A stretch of DNA of 64,000 nt from the human T2T-CHM13v2.0 reference genome, Homo sapiens. The stretch lies in NCBI RefSeq assembly GCF_009914755.1, contig NC_060925.1. The stretch is one strand, 5' to 3'. Positions 1-12,395 of this stretch are shown one piece after another (position 1 is the first letter of the stretch; every line of letters begins with the position of its first letter). The translations under genes were made by a program, and so were the position numbers. The notes under the pieces are model-generated. The model searched no databases, was not told the origin of the DNA, and saw nothing but the letters and a program-made list of their open reading frames with translations.

Positions 1-565
1 TATAGGAGAGATGGTTTACTGAAACACCTAACTGGTATGGTCTGTTTTTGCTATTAAAACGACGTTGCCAGCGGTCAAATAAAGTAGCCTTTTATTCCTG
101 AATCATTGTACCTCCAATATTACAACTAATTACTGGACTAGTTTTTTCTTTAATTCATAGATGGGATGCTAATAATTACTTCAGTCATGATATTTTAGAT
201 AAACATTTTTTATTAGGATGAAAATGTCTTATGCATCTATTATTACCAATATTTGGAGCATAACTAATATTTTCTTAGTGTAACTATGTGTTTGATGTAG
301 GTAATCATATCTGGAATGAGCCAGAGGTTTGAAGTAAAATGCCTCAAATTCCTTTTGTGCCAAAGTAAGGCATATATACAAATATAAGATTTTATAGATG
401 TGTTTTCTTCTTCTAAGACTTTTAATTTGCCTACTGATTTTTTAATTTCCACCACTGCCAAGGAATAGAAATAATAAAATAAGGATAACTCTTGGGTGAA
501 TACAAAAGTTTGGATTAAAAAAGTAAAAACAAAGTCCAAAAGGACATCTGAATATTAGTCTAAAG

Positions 566-875
566 CAGGGGTCCCCAACCCCCAGGCCCAGGCCTTTTAG
601 GAACTGGGCTGCACAGTAGGATGTGAGTGGCAGGTGAGCAAACATTACCACCTGAGTTCTGCCTCCTGTCAGATCAGAGGCGGCATTAGATTCTCATAGG
701 AGCACAAACCCTACTGTGAACACATGGGAGGGATTTAGATTGCACGCTCCTTATGAGAATCTAATGCGTGATGATCTGAGGTGGAACAGTTTCATCCCCA
801 AACCATCTCCACTGCCAAGGAAAAATTGTCTTCCATGAAACTGGTCTCTGGTGCCAAAAAGGTTGGGGACTGCTG
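566..875 (+). mobile_element. MER1B-like hAT-Charlie DNA transposon (MITE)
   Basis: TIRs CAGGGGTCCCCAACC...GGTTGGGGACTGCTG; perfect 8-bp TSD GTCTAAAG at 558-565 and 876-883. Confidence 0.9.
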
Positions 876-1329
876 GTCTAAAGAATAAGAGAAAAAGAAC
901 TACTGAAATGAAAATCATGCCATTCATCATGGGACAGATAAGAAGGAAGATAAAAGGTACTGAGCATTGTTTTATTCCATCTATCACTATTAGTGAATCT
1001 ATTAGTGATACTTTTTTACAATTACCTTTTCATTCTGGGACAGATAGCTGTCCTCTGCACATTCATTGTTTTGACAGCCATCCTTCTGAAGGACACCTTG
1101 GTTATGTGGAGTTTAACTCATTTGATTTTCCTATTGGTTATATCTGTTGTTATGGGCACAGAAGATTTGGAGCAAAACATTTATTAGTACCAGTTCCTAC
1201 TTTTTTAAAAAGATGCTAGTAAAAATGTAATTTTAGAAATATTGGATGAGAGTGTGCTAGAATCAGCTTGAAAGACAACTAGACATAGGCAGATGGAACT
1301 AGAATCATAGAGAATTAAAAATGAGCTCT

Positions 1330-1575
1330 CCTGGTGCCATGGAGGCTAACACACAAATCCTTAGTCATCATCTCCAACTATTCAAATCTTGACTCCACCA
1401 TGTTTTTGTTTGGCTTGACCTAGAGCAAGTTAACCTCTCTGTACCTCAGCTTCATCTTAAAGTAGAGATAATACTGCTTCTCTCAGAGGTGTAGCAGGAT
1501 TAAATGAGATAATAGATGTAACATATTAAAACAGTGCCTGAAACATAGTAAGTACTCAATAAATGTTAGCTATTT
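1330..1575 (+). mobile_element. MIR SINE
   Basis: Core gcaagttaacctctctgtacctcagcttcatc and 3' end acagtgcctgaaacatagtaagtactcaataaatgttagctatt. Confidence 0.8.
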
Positions 1576-1617
1576 TTTAATCATCTTATTCATAAATATA
1601 ACATAGCACCACTGGGA

Positions 1618-1810
1618 ATGGTGTAGTGGAAGACAGATTTGAAATCCAGATAGACTTGGGCTGAAATTTTGCCTTTGCCACTTACCAGCAGTGTGAACTT
1701 GGGCAAGTTAATGTGTCTGTGACTTGGCTTTCTTTTTGGCAATATCAGAAAGATAGCAACCACCTCTGGGGGTTTTAGGAGGATGAATTGGATTAAAATA
1801 TACAAAGTGA
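1618..1810 (+). mobile_element. MIR SINE
   Basis: cacttaccagcagtgtgaacttgggcaagttaat core and tRNA-derived 5' part. Confidence 0.7.
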
Positions 1811-1849
1811 TAACATGACTTTTTCCTTCCCTTTCCTCCTTCCTTGAAG

Positions 1850-1956
1850 ACACATTGGGGTAAAGAAATTCCATGATCCCTCCTGTGCCTAAGCCACCCC
1901 AGTGGACCTGGTCTTCTTGCACCATCCCTGTGGCTGGAGGTTTGAGATACTGACAG
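1850..1956 (+). other. PTGFR: PTGFR alternative cassette exon (phase 0, encodes THWGKEIP*), premature stop
   Basis: Long pyrimidine tract ctttttccttccctttcctccttccttgaAG (AG 1848-1849); ACA CAT TGG GGT AAA GAA ATT CCA TGA; donor CAG|gtatat at 1956/1957. The peptide matches the C-terminus I recall for a truncated FP splice variant. Confidence 0.75.
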
Positions 1957-3037
1957 GTATATTTGATGGCCAGAAGTAGGTGGGTCAAAGCTTCTTTAAA
2001 GTTGAATCGAACTAATTGATTAGTCAGTGAGTTTGATTTAACAAGAGTGAACTAACAACCTATTGTGCAGAGGATGCAGGGATGGCAGAGCTTCTTTAAA
2101 CAAGAGCAAGTCCTCTAAGACAGAGACGTCTCTGTTGTAGCACCTTGAATCCCACCACCTCCATCCCAGTTCCCAAACCCTTCTGGGATCTGGCCCAGGT
2201 AGGAGTCTCTACATCCCTACTTCCTTCTCTTCACCTGCCCCAGTGATCTTCAATTGTGGCCCTTCCTTAAGAACAGCGAAGGCTTATGGGGAGATGTAAG
2301 GTCTATCACCATAACAATTAAAAAAGTTAAAACTCACTTTAACTTTACTAGGATTTCTTATCTTGAGTAAATAGAAACTTTTGGGCAGACCAGAAGTTAA
2401 AGGTCATAGAGAGTCTGAGGAATTCCTTGAAACAAAAGTTCATATAAGTTTTCTTTCCTTTTATTTAATTAATTAATTTATTTTTTTACCTTAAATCCAA
2501 CTTGACTCTTTGGACCTGTGGTTGCCTGGCCTGCTTTCTGTTAACCCTCCTAACTCCTGTGCTTGTAATTGCCTGTTTCTTCTTGTCTTCCCCAACTCAA
2601 GTGTAGGAGTCTCTTCCTAATGATGTTCTACAAAGTAGAGGAGTAGGATTTGAGAAAGTTAAAGACATAGTTCCTACCCTCAAGACACAAGGGACTATTA
2701 TACATATACTGACATTATCTCATTTCAATATGTTCTACATATTATACTGATATTATGTTTATCAATATTAAAGGAGTGGTGTCACACATAATGGCTGTAT
2801 AGAATGAGACATTACTCAGCTACAGAGAGATCAAGAAAGGTTTTCTGCAGAAGATGGGACAAGGGTAGGAGGATTTAGATATGTAATTTTTAGTGAGGGA
2901 AGGGCAGGGAACATGGCATGTTTTTGGCATTTGTGAAATATTTTGTAACTAGAGAAAACAAAATGCAATAAGAAAAACAAATAACTAGAGACTGGAAAAC
3001 CACTTAGGAGTCTATAATATGATGTTTGCTTTTAAAG

Positions 3038-3178
3038 CGATAAGACACTCAACGAGAAATGACAGAAAAACAAGGTGTGGATGGAGAGGCAACATGAAAG
3101 TGGATCAAACAACTTATACATGGGTGCTGGCTCAGACGTGACACCTGAGGCTCCAGAACTGGAAGTTTATGCCGTCAA
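3038..3178 (+). other. PTGFR: PTGFR alternative cassette exon (phase 0, encodes R*), premature stop
   Basis: Acceptor gatgtttgcttttaaAG|CGA TAA; donor CAA|gtaaat at 3178/3179; 141 nt. Consistent with a recalled FP variant ending ...SPFLR*. Confidence 0.7.
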
Positions 3179-3186
3179 GTAAATTC

Positions 3187-3189
<3 letters not shown>

Positions 3190-3248
<59 letters not shown>

Positions 3249-3415
3249 ATATGTGTATATATATGTGTGTATATATGTGTATATATTTGTGTGTGTATAT
3301 GTGTATATATTTGTGTGTGTATATATGTGTGTATATATGTGTATATATTTGTGTGTGTATATGTGTATATATTTGTGTGTGTATATATGTGTGTATATAT
3401 ACATACACACATATA
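3190..3415. repeat. Compound (TA)n / (TG,TA)-rich microsatellite
   Basis: Pure TA run 3190-3236, then repeated tatatgtgt(gt)/atatatttgtgtgtgt units; lies at the tail end of the adjacent Alu. Confidence 0.97.
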
Positions 3416-3580
3416 CCTTTTTGTTTTTTGAGACAGAGTCTCAACTCTGTTACCCAGGCTGGAATGCAGTGGTGTGTGATCTCTGCTCACTGCAACCTCT
3501 GCCTCTCGGGTTCAAGCGATTCTCGTGCCTCAGCCTCCTGAGTAGCCGGGACTACAGGCATGTGTCACCATGCCTGGCTA
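3416..3580 (-). mobile_element. 5'-truncated Alu (right arm only)
   Basis: ttttttgagacagagtctc...cctcagcctcctgagtagccgggactacaggc...cctggcta; 12-bp TSD AGTAAATTCATT at 3178-3189 and 3580-3591 encloses Alu plus microsatellite. Confidence 0.9.
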
Positions 3581-6500
3581 GTAAATTCATTAATATCGAG
3601 TCACAGATATGTCACTGTAACTCCGTGTATATATGTATATTTATATATCCATATTTTCTAAGTATTTGAATAATTTGAAAAATAAGCAGGGAAAAGTGAA
3701 GGCTGTCTTACTCTACATATTAACTGAGTAAAAATATTAAGTAAGAGGATATTTCTTGTAATGTACTATGAACTCGGATCAATCCACAAGGAAATATATA
3801 AGGCTAATGTAGTCCTGGAGGCACAGATAGTAGTTTGTCCAAAAGGAAATGATGCTCCATTGAGCTTTGTAGTTATTGGACCATATATAGAGTTAGTTTA
3901 TTTCTGTCCAGTGTATTTTCTTAAAGAAAGATTGAGAAAACTAGAGTATAAGAGGTAGTGGTTTGCAAACCATTTTGTATGAAAAGCAGTTGAAGAACTA
4001 TAAGACTAGTATTATTTTAAGATATGTGAAAGGCTGACATTTAGTAAATGGATTGATTATCCCATGATGCTCTAGAAAACTAAATTAAAATATGTTGAGT
4101 AAATTTTAGCTCCTGGTAACAGAAAATATTCTACAACTCATACAGCTCAAATGGAAAAGATTTTTTCCTGAGTAGTGCTGAGACTTTCTTCTCACATACT
4201 TAATAACATCCCTAAGTAATTTCCACTTTGTATGGAAGTCTGGACTAGATAACATTTTCCTGTACCCTGTAAGATTTGTGATTCTGTCTTCTCATGAGAG
4301 GTGATGTAGACAGTCCTCTGTGTGCATAATAAATGGAGCCCATTGTTTCCTTCTGTTCTCAGAATCCCTTCAGTTACATTTCTGTTTTACTCACATTAAC
4401 TTGGGTCTTGGCGGTAGTGCCATCTAGCACGATGCCTACATACAGCAGACACTCAAAACTACTTGCTGCTGGATTGATTTATGTTTATGAATATGCAGAG
4501 GAATGGAAGCATAATTATCAAATTTACCGTTGCTTTGAATAGTAAACAGCCACAGAGCCCTGACTCTGGCCAACAGATGTACAGACATGGGGGAGAGATG
4601 ATGCGATAACATCCAGAATAAAACCTTAGCAAACATGGGCTCTATTATCTATGAGTAAAGTAGCCTGGCAGATTCATTAACTTTGATGATGTTAACAGTT
4701 GATAGAATTGTTTTACGTGGCCCAAATGAATGGAGATTCATTGTATTACCAGCCTATTTTATTCTTTGCAAGCTGGCAATGAACATATACTATCCTTCCT
4801 CCATGCTTCTTTGACCTCATTCTTTCCCTTATCTTAGTGTCCAGTGTTTTACAGTTATCAGGTGAATTAATTTTTTCATAGAATATTCAAATACTTTGTC
4901 CTGTCTACTTCTCAGAATTCTAATCATCAACAAGGATATACAACTGTAATGTGCCAACGTTCACAGGAAGAGATTTTAGAAAATAACCCATATTCCTTTA
5001 GCTCCATGTACTGGGTAGCTCTTGGAAACTGTATGAAAGACTGTGTGTATGATGAGACTCTACCTAAGTGTCTGGAATACAAGTGCGGGTGGGCTAGACA
5101 GAGAATAATGTTCTCAACGCTTGTCAGGAGACTGTTGCCAGAGACCAGAGAAAATGGCTTCCGACTGCTTTTGTCGAACCAGCTTGCAGACATCCTTGTT
5201 CTGACCCCAGCTCCCACATGTCTCTTGCCAGCCTTATCAGGGCTTCAGTTTTCCAGGAGATTCTGTGGTAACTTCAGTGCTGCCCTACTCACATCCATAG
5301 AGATGTACACAAATAATCCACATTAGTTTTGATTCTTTAGTAAAATAGTATATCTCCACAAATTTCTTAGGGGAAAAAACATAATTTATAAAAGCAATGC
5401 ATGATCGATCTAAAAAATTAGTGAATTTGAGACAAACAAAATGAGGAAATCAAAAGTCTCTGTAGTTCTGCTCTCTAGAGTTAACCAACGAAAACAATGA
5501 CATACACTCCAGGCTTTTTTCTATGAACAAAATTACATATTTGGTTTTTTTTTTCAAAAATGGAATCACACAATCAATACAGTTTGGCAATTTGCTTTTT
5601 AAAAGGTTAACACTGAATCACAAACATTAAAGTCCGCATATATCTCAATTATGTGAAAGTGTTATAATTTATCTTCTGTTGGATACTTAGGTGGTCCTGA
5701 ATTATCAATATTATGAATGTATTTGTTATTACTAATATACTAATGATAAAGGATATTTCTTTTACAGAAATACTCTCCCCACATTTATTGGTGGCTGAAT
5801 GATTAGTGCTTCTCCCAAGTCAGGCTGTGGAATAACCTCTTTCCAAGGCTGGGGTTAGGGGTTAAAGGTGGAGAGAGAGTAATGATGAGTGCTTGGGCAG
5901 TGCCCTAGTGTTCTGGGGAGAAGCCTGGGCACTGGGCTCCCTCAGAAGAGGACTCTATGCCTTCCCACATCTGGTGACCACACTGCTGTTTGTAGAGGAG
6001 AGAGGAGAATCAGAGGAGTGTGCACCATGTAACTCAAAACAAAAGGAGTTACACAAACAAAAGCTCAGGAGGGCATGGTGCATCTGGGAAAGATGAGGTC
6101 TTCACAGTGGTTGTATCATACGGAATTTGCAGGGGAGATGAGAGAGATGAGATTATAGAAATAGACTTCAGATGCATCATCAAGGAGCTAGCTGAGGAGT
6201 TTGTACTTTATTGTGTAGACAATGAAGGTTTTGATAAAGAACATTTATTCTTCAACCATTGGTATCATCAGGTCAAATTAAGATATACATTTCTTTCTAG
6301 TAATGGGTCTTGATTTTCTTTGTATTTGTGTTTTGGTCTTTGTTACGTCATCTTTTAATGGTGGCACAATGGTCCAAGCTTCACTTTTCAGTTTTACCTT
6401 TTGTTTACCTATTTCTTATTTGTTTGTATATCCAAGATGTTTTCAAAGCCACCTTATTTGTTCCACAACTGTTTGTTTGGAAGTCAAAGCTGGGATCAGT

Positions 6501-7223
6501 GATTTGCTTAGTTCTAACATGTAGCTGGGACAATTTATAGAACTGATTCCATGAAATGATCTCTTCAAAATCATGGGTGGTCAGGAAATGGACACATGAA
6601 ATCACAAAATACATTGTTACAGTTAAGTCACAACTGTGGTGTAGAGAGAAACTCCTTTCCTCAAAGTCCTTAGAAAATTCCATTGCATACTTTTTGGAAT
6701 GTTTTAGCCAAGTTAAGGCTAAGGCTAAGAGATGTAGAAAGGGAAATAGAAAATTGAAGACAGTGGTATCCTTGTAGTTAAGAAGCAGAAAATCTCAGAG
6801 TAAAATTTGTCATATACCATTTGCAAATTAATATCAGATGCTCTAAATTCATTTTGTAAAACTATTTGTTAGCTTATCTATAATTTATTTATTTAAAAAT
6901 ACTTCATTGAAATAAAACAAATGTGTGTTGGCTTTGCATTTACTATTCTCAGAAGTATGAGAAGGTCAGTTACTGGTATCAGTGTTTGTTCTCCCTTAGG
7001 TGATTCTGTTTATGCATATTTGACTTACTATAGAAGTTATCATTTTTGTAGGTCTAATGTCAATTTGAATTAAAATGATTCATTTGTCTCCATCAGTGTT
7101 TCTGCTATCATTGATTTCTTTCTGTCAGTATTTTAAACAATAGCATCACTCTGTGGTAAGTGAAATGAATGTCATCTAGCATAGCTAATTTTTTAAAAAT
7201 TATAGGATTGAAAAGGCTGCATC

Positions 7224-7253
7224 AACTAATTTCCGTGTTTTCTTCGTTTCTAG
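7224..7253 (+). promoter_or_regulatory. PTGFR: Branch point / polypyrimidine tract / 3' splice site of PTGFR terminal exon
   Basis: aaCTAAT (7226-7230) then ttccgtgttttcttcgtttctAG ending at 7253. Confidence 0.9.
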
Positions 7254-7535
7254 GTTACAATGGCCAACATTGGAATAAATGGAAATCATTCTCTGGAAAC
7301 CTGTGAAACAACACTTTTTGCTCTCCGAATGGCAACATGGAATCAAATCTTAGATCCTTGGGTATATATTCTTCTACGAAAGGCTGTCCTTAAGAATCTC
7401 TATAAGCTTGCCAGTCAATGCTGTGGAGTGCATGTCATCAGCTTACATATTTGGGAGCTTAGTTCCATTAAAAATTCCTTAAAGGTTGCTGCTATTTCTG
7501 AGTCACCAGTTGCAGAGAAATCAGCAAGCACCTAG
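7254..7535 (+). CDS. PTGFR: Prostaglandin F2-alpha receptor (FP), terminal coding exon: end of TM6, ECL3, TM7, C-tail (V267-T359)
   Basis: [93 protein letters not shown]. Has the prostanoid-receptor TM7 signature [18 protein letters not shown] (R291, DPxxY) and a phase-0 acceptor in TM6, typical of the family; TAG at 7533-7535. Confidence 0.98.
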   Translation, partial: VTMANIGINGNHSLETCETTLFALRMATWNQILDPWVYILLRKAVLKNLYKLASQCCGVHVISLHIWELSSIKNSLKVAAISESPVAEKSAST

Positions 7536-10500
7536 CTTAATAGGACAGTAAATCTGTGTGGGGCTAGAACAAAATTAAGACATGTTTGGCAATATTTCAG
7601 TTAGTTAAATACCTGTAGCCTAACTGGAAAATTCAGGCTTCATCATGTAGTTTGAAGATACTATTGTCAGATTCAGGTTTTGAAATTTGTCAAATAAACA
7701 GGATAACTGTACATTTTTCACTTGTTTTTGCCAATGGGAGGTAGACACAATAAAATAATGCCATGGGAGTCACACTGAAAGCAATTTTGAGCTTATCTGT
7801 CTTATTTATGCTTTGAGTGAATCATCTGTTGAGGTCTAATGCCTTTACTTGGCCTATTTGCCAGAGAACATCTTAATGCAGCCTGCATAGTGAAATGGTT
7901 ATTTTGAGATCACCGCTCTGTAGCTAACCCTTATAAACTAGGCTCAGTAAAATAAAGCACTCTTATTTTTTGATCTGGCCTATTTTGCCCCTCATTGTGT
8001 AGCCTCAATTAACACATGCATGGTCATGACACCCAGAATTCATGATGGTTTGTTATAACAACCTCTGCATATTCCAGGTCTGGCAGACAGGTTGCCTGAC
8101 CCTGCAATCCTATCTAGAATGGGCCCATTCTTGTCATATTTGACAAATAGGACTGCCTACATTTATTATTATGAAGGTCGATTGTTGTTGGAAGTGTTTT
8201 TTCATGTCATAGATTAGCAATTTTCAAATAATTATTTTTTCTCTGAAAATTTTGTGTGTGATTGCACAATAAATAATTTTTAGAGAAACAAAGGCTCTTT
8301 CTCAGCACATTGATGGGCAACTAGAATTACAGCAGTTTCAAAACTCTACCATGGATAATGCAAACAAACCGAAGCTACATGCCAATGATAGGTGCAAAGA
8401 ATATTGGCAAAAGGTGCTTTACCTTGAGCCATTATTTGTGTCAGAGAACAAAAGAAACAGAATCAATATATAAAATTCAAAGACTATCTGCAGCTAGTGT
8501 GTTTCTTCTTTACACACATATACACACAGACATCAGAAAATTCTGTTGAGAGCAGGTTCATTAAATTTGTAAGATGGCATATTCTAAAGCCTGTGCTACC
8601 AGTACTAAGAGGGGAAGACTGGCAATTTGCCAAGCACTTGGGGATTATTATAACAATTAACTAGGAGATCAAGAGATAATAATCTCTCCCCAAATTTTCC
8701 AATAATAATTGAGACTTTTTCTTTGCTTGTTTGTGTAATTCAACCAAAAGAATTTCAATACCCATTCAAATTGTCCTAGGTCTATCAGAAATTAGGGAAG
8801 GTAGTCCTGCTTTATAATAGGAAAATGTATTTCTGTATAAGAGTTCTTTGCTTTCATTAACTTGGATTCATTTAAAAATTAATCTTCCCTGTTAGGCTGA
8901 TTTCAGATTCTCTAGGAAATCTGTGTAAGTAACCAGAAGACCTTTCAGATGGTTTATTTGCTTTCAGCAGAGAATTTATTTCATACAGTTACTTAAGAGT
9001 GTTGATGTCTTGTGAACAGAGATATAAGGAACCATTCTCCATCCTTCCTTATCATGCTGGGTACAATGCTTCTATGAATATTTCCATGTATTTTGACTGG
9101 GGAGAGGCATGGAGAAGAAACTCTCATTCAGGGGCTCCAGGATCCTTCTCCTTGAGGCTTCTAAATAAATGGCAGAATTCTTGCTGTATTGCCATGATGT
9201 CACCCTGGCCATGTGTACTGACTTGAGGAGATCTTGCAACATGGCCATGTGCAAGGCTTTAAGGAGTGAGAGAGATGTGTACATATCTTAGGAGGGTTAT
9301 CTATGTTATCTGAGTATATGTTTGGGTAACCAAATTGGTCTTAAAAATGATGTTAACCCAAGAAGTAGACATCAAAAATTAAAAAAAAAAAAAGGAATGT
9401 GTTTTCATTGTTTTAAGTTTTTCTTCTGAGTAAAACAAAATTATAGAAAACAAATGCAACAATGTGCACATCTGACTTAAGAGTTTCATTTCTGTTATTA
9501 TATGTGTTGCATGTAGCTTGGCGATTTACTGTGTAATGAATAATAGACTGGAACATCTACCAATAACTTTCACATAAATGTTCAAAATAGAAGTGTATTT
9601 TTTCAGGTTTCTGGAAATAAATAGTAAAATAAATGGCACAAATAGTTTCAATAAATTTACCAATTTGAGTGTTTTCAGCTCTATTTCAAAACTCATAACT
9701 AATCTTCAGAATTACTGAATTTCCTTTTGAACTGGGTAAGGCATTATCCAAGCAACTTCACATACTATTTAAACATGATTTCTCGGTAATTATATATTCT
9801 GGGCAAATAACATAAACATGTCAGGATTTTTACAGGTGTTAGTGAATTTTTCTAAAAAGATGAGACAAAAGCAAAAATATCACACATAGGTTTTTATGAC
9901 TATGAATACAAAGATAATGCTGATTCACAATTAGCTATGGGTAAGTCCAAAACATCAGACCTTTTACTGATGGGTTAACTAGGTGAAAGAAATGGGCCCT
10001 TATTTTTTTTTTTCCCTAGAGGCAGAAAGTTACTTCTAATGATCTATATAGCTAAAACGAAAAATACCTGAAAGTTAATACATACATATGTAGATATATT
10101 TTGTTATGTGATAAATGTTTCTTGTTTGCACACTTTTGGACTTGAGAAATCTGCTTTTGTTTTGTGCCTACTCTGAGTTTAGAACCCAAATAAGAGGACT
10201 TGTTAAATATAGAGTGTACTTTTTGTTAAAACTATTGCTAGCTTCACCTGTATACCATCATTGTTCCAAATTAAATAACTGTTTTGGGTCAGAATATAAA
10301 TGCTGGGAATATACATTTTATTACTTCTTAATCTGGGTGTCAAAGATTTTACCACCTGGTAAATAATGTTGGACTTCAACTTGTTACTGGCACATTTTAA
10401 TAGTAGATGAAACATGTTTTTCTTGGTTATGTGAATAAATGTATGTTGTGCTCTTCATACTTGTTGGATTGTATAGAGATTAAATAGTGATATGTATATT

Positions 10501-11549
10501 TTGTTGTTTGCTTTGGTATGCAACTCATGTAATTTTAGTGCTTTGACTAGCTTAAAACTTCAAACAAGTAATTTTATAATAAAGTTGGACTAATGTTTTT
10601 CAAGAGTGATTATTTTTAGAAGGACCATATAAAACTTGAAACGCTTGAACCTAAACTCCCGTTTTATCTGCTACTGGATGAGAAGAATTTCAACTTAATT
10701 TCCATTATTACCTTTTGCTCTCCCACCCTGCCCAATCTTCTGTGATATCTTCTCTCTTTTACCTGTGTCTCAACTTACCTAGGCAAGTCATAATTTAGAT
10801 AGAAATCTGATTTCCCAAACCTCCAGGTTTAGATATATCATTCAGAAAAGCCTCAATGTGTCTGTAATAAGAAACAATCTCCAAATTACAGCGCCATAAA
10901 CTTCACAAAAGTTTGTATCTCCCACATGGTTCCTGTCCACTCTGAAGGGGAGCTCTGCTGTTGTAATCACTCAGAGAACTCAGGTGAAAAAACAGCCACC
11001 ATTATATGTGGCTGTTTCTCAAACTACAGAGCATGGTGAATCACACACAGGCTGTTAGAATATCCATCTGGAGGCAACACACATTTGCATACACTTCTCC
11101 AGCTAACATAAATAATGTGGCTTTACTAACTTCCCAGGGGGCAGCTAAGTGCAATACTATATGTTAGGAAAACGGAAACTAATTTGTAGACAGCACTAAT
11201 GATTTCCACATTAGGTAAAAAAAATTTTCATTCTTGTCTTCCTAATAGCATTTAAACAGAAACGATTTTTAAAAGTTGTTTTAAACATTTAGAAACATCA
11301 TGGCATAGAAACATTTAGGACTCACTCTTTGTAAGTACTGACAAGCATGGTCTTGTAATCTGTAAAGATAAGGTAGAATAAATGAACTAAAAGAAATTTT
11401 AGATGACTAAAAGGACTATATAATAGAAAGAGGGAAATCTTGGTTCTTAAAAATTCAGGCAATTGAAACATTTCTGTATAATACCAAGCATTGTTGCAGT
11501 ATTGTCTGAAATGGTTGCTTTTCTAATAAATGAAAATGACTAAAATGTA
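7536..11549 (+). other. PTGFR: PTGFR long AT-rich 3' UTR (distal end approximate)
   Basis: Repeat-poor AT-rich sequence after the stop; AATAAA at 7693, 7749, 7951, 8268, 9616, 9628, 9650, 10578, 11525 among others. Length agrees with my recollection of a ~5-kb mRNA. Confidence 0.75.
10860..11170 (-). mobile_element. Old MLT1 (K/L-like) LTR fragment within the 3' UTR
   Basis: Degenerate gtaataagaaacaatctccaaatt...ggagctctgct...cactcagagaactcagg pattern. Confidence 0.45.
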
Positions 11550-11570
11550 TTTTGCCTTTGCACTTTTAAT
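11525..11570 (+). terminator. PTGFR: Distal polyadenylation signal and downstream U-rich element
   Basis: AATAAA 11525-11530, then tgtattttgcctttgcacttttaattt. Confidence 0.65.
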
Positions 11571-12395
11571 TTCCCTATAATAGCATATATTTACCTTGAT
11601 ATAAAGGTAATTTACTGAGTTCTATCAAATTATTGGAAAAGCTGAAGTATAATCGCACTGGAACAAGATAAAACTGTACATTCCTTTTCTTTTCTTTTCT
11701 TTTTTTCCAAGTGGGAATAGTGCCTTCATTTTGAACTCAAACATGACAGTACATGAAGTAAGTCAGAAACTTGGTAAAATTAAGTCTTAGCAATCTTGAG
11801 ATGTAGTTTCATATAAACCAAATGTTGTGTTCTGAGCTTCAACTGAAAGTTATTGCACAGGATTTTTGGCAGAGCTGTCTTTCTGCCCTGCATAAATATA
11901 AACTGAAAGCAATGTGATGAAGATATGATATGTGATTATGAGAAAGTCATTTGAAGGTTTTTATGCTATTAGTCTCATATTTGCTAAAGTATATTTTCAG
12001 TAAACAATCTAGATAGTTTATGAGAAAATCATGAACATTTCACTTTATATTTATCTTACATTAAAGAAGAGGCAGAATACTGAAATCTGAAGGAACTATA
12101 TCTTAAATTTGAAGTGCACTTTAAATTTTAACAAGGATCGAAACTCAATCTTAGTGTTTCACATTTAACTTGAATTATTTTCAATGTCTGATTTGTAAAA
12201 CCCCAAATTAACAAAATGCATTGTGTTGTTGTAGTGCTAAGCTCTACATTAAATGAGGTAATCTTGTACTAGTATATAGTTACATAATTTTAGTTTTAGA
12301 AAGTGAGGCCATGCTAGACATACGTTGTACTGAAAATTTTTATTTCAATAGTCCATGTCAGTACATAAAAGTATTCTTTTCAACAGCTAGATAGT

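Noticed and set aside
452-822. 14-mer CCACTGCCAAGGAA at 452 and inside MER1B at 809
   Set aside because: A single short match, plausible by chance; no structure around it
3169-3669. Six overlapping YI/VC/HT-rich ORFs
   Set aside because: Stop-free translations of the TA/TG microsatellite and Alu
4927-5326. Overlapping 125-aa and 96-aa intronic ORFs
   Set aside because: No recognisable homology or convincing splice signals; length within chance range
8835-8935. Apparent small differences from the PTGFR 3' UTR as I remember it
   Set aside because: Memory is not reliable at base level; needs alignment to RefSeq before any claim
9381-9393. A13 run as a poly(A) end or retrocopy tail
   Set aside because: Genomic A-tract without TSD; relevant only as an oligo-dT internal-priming artefact
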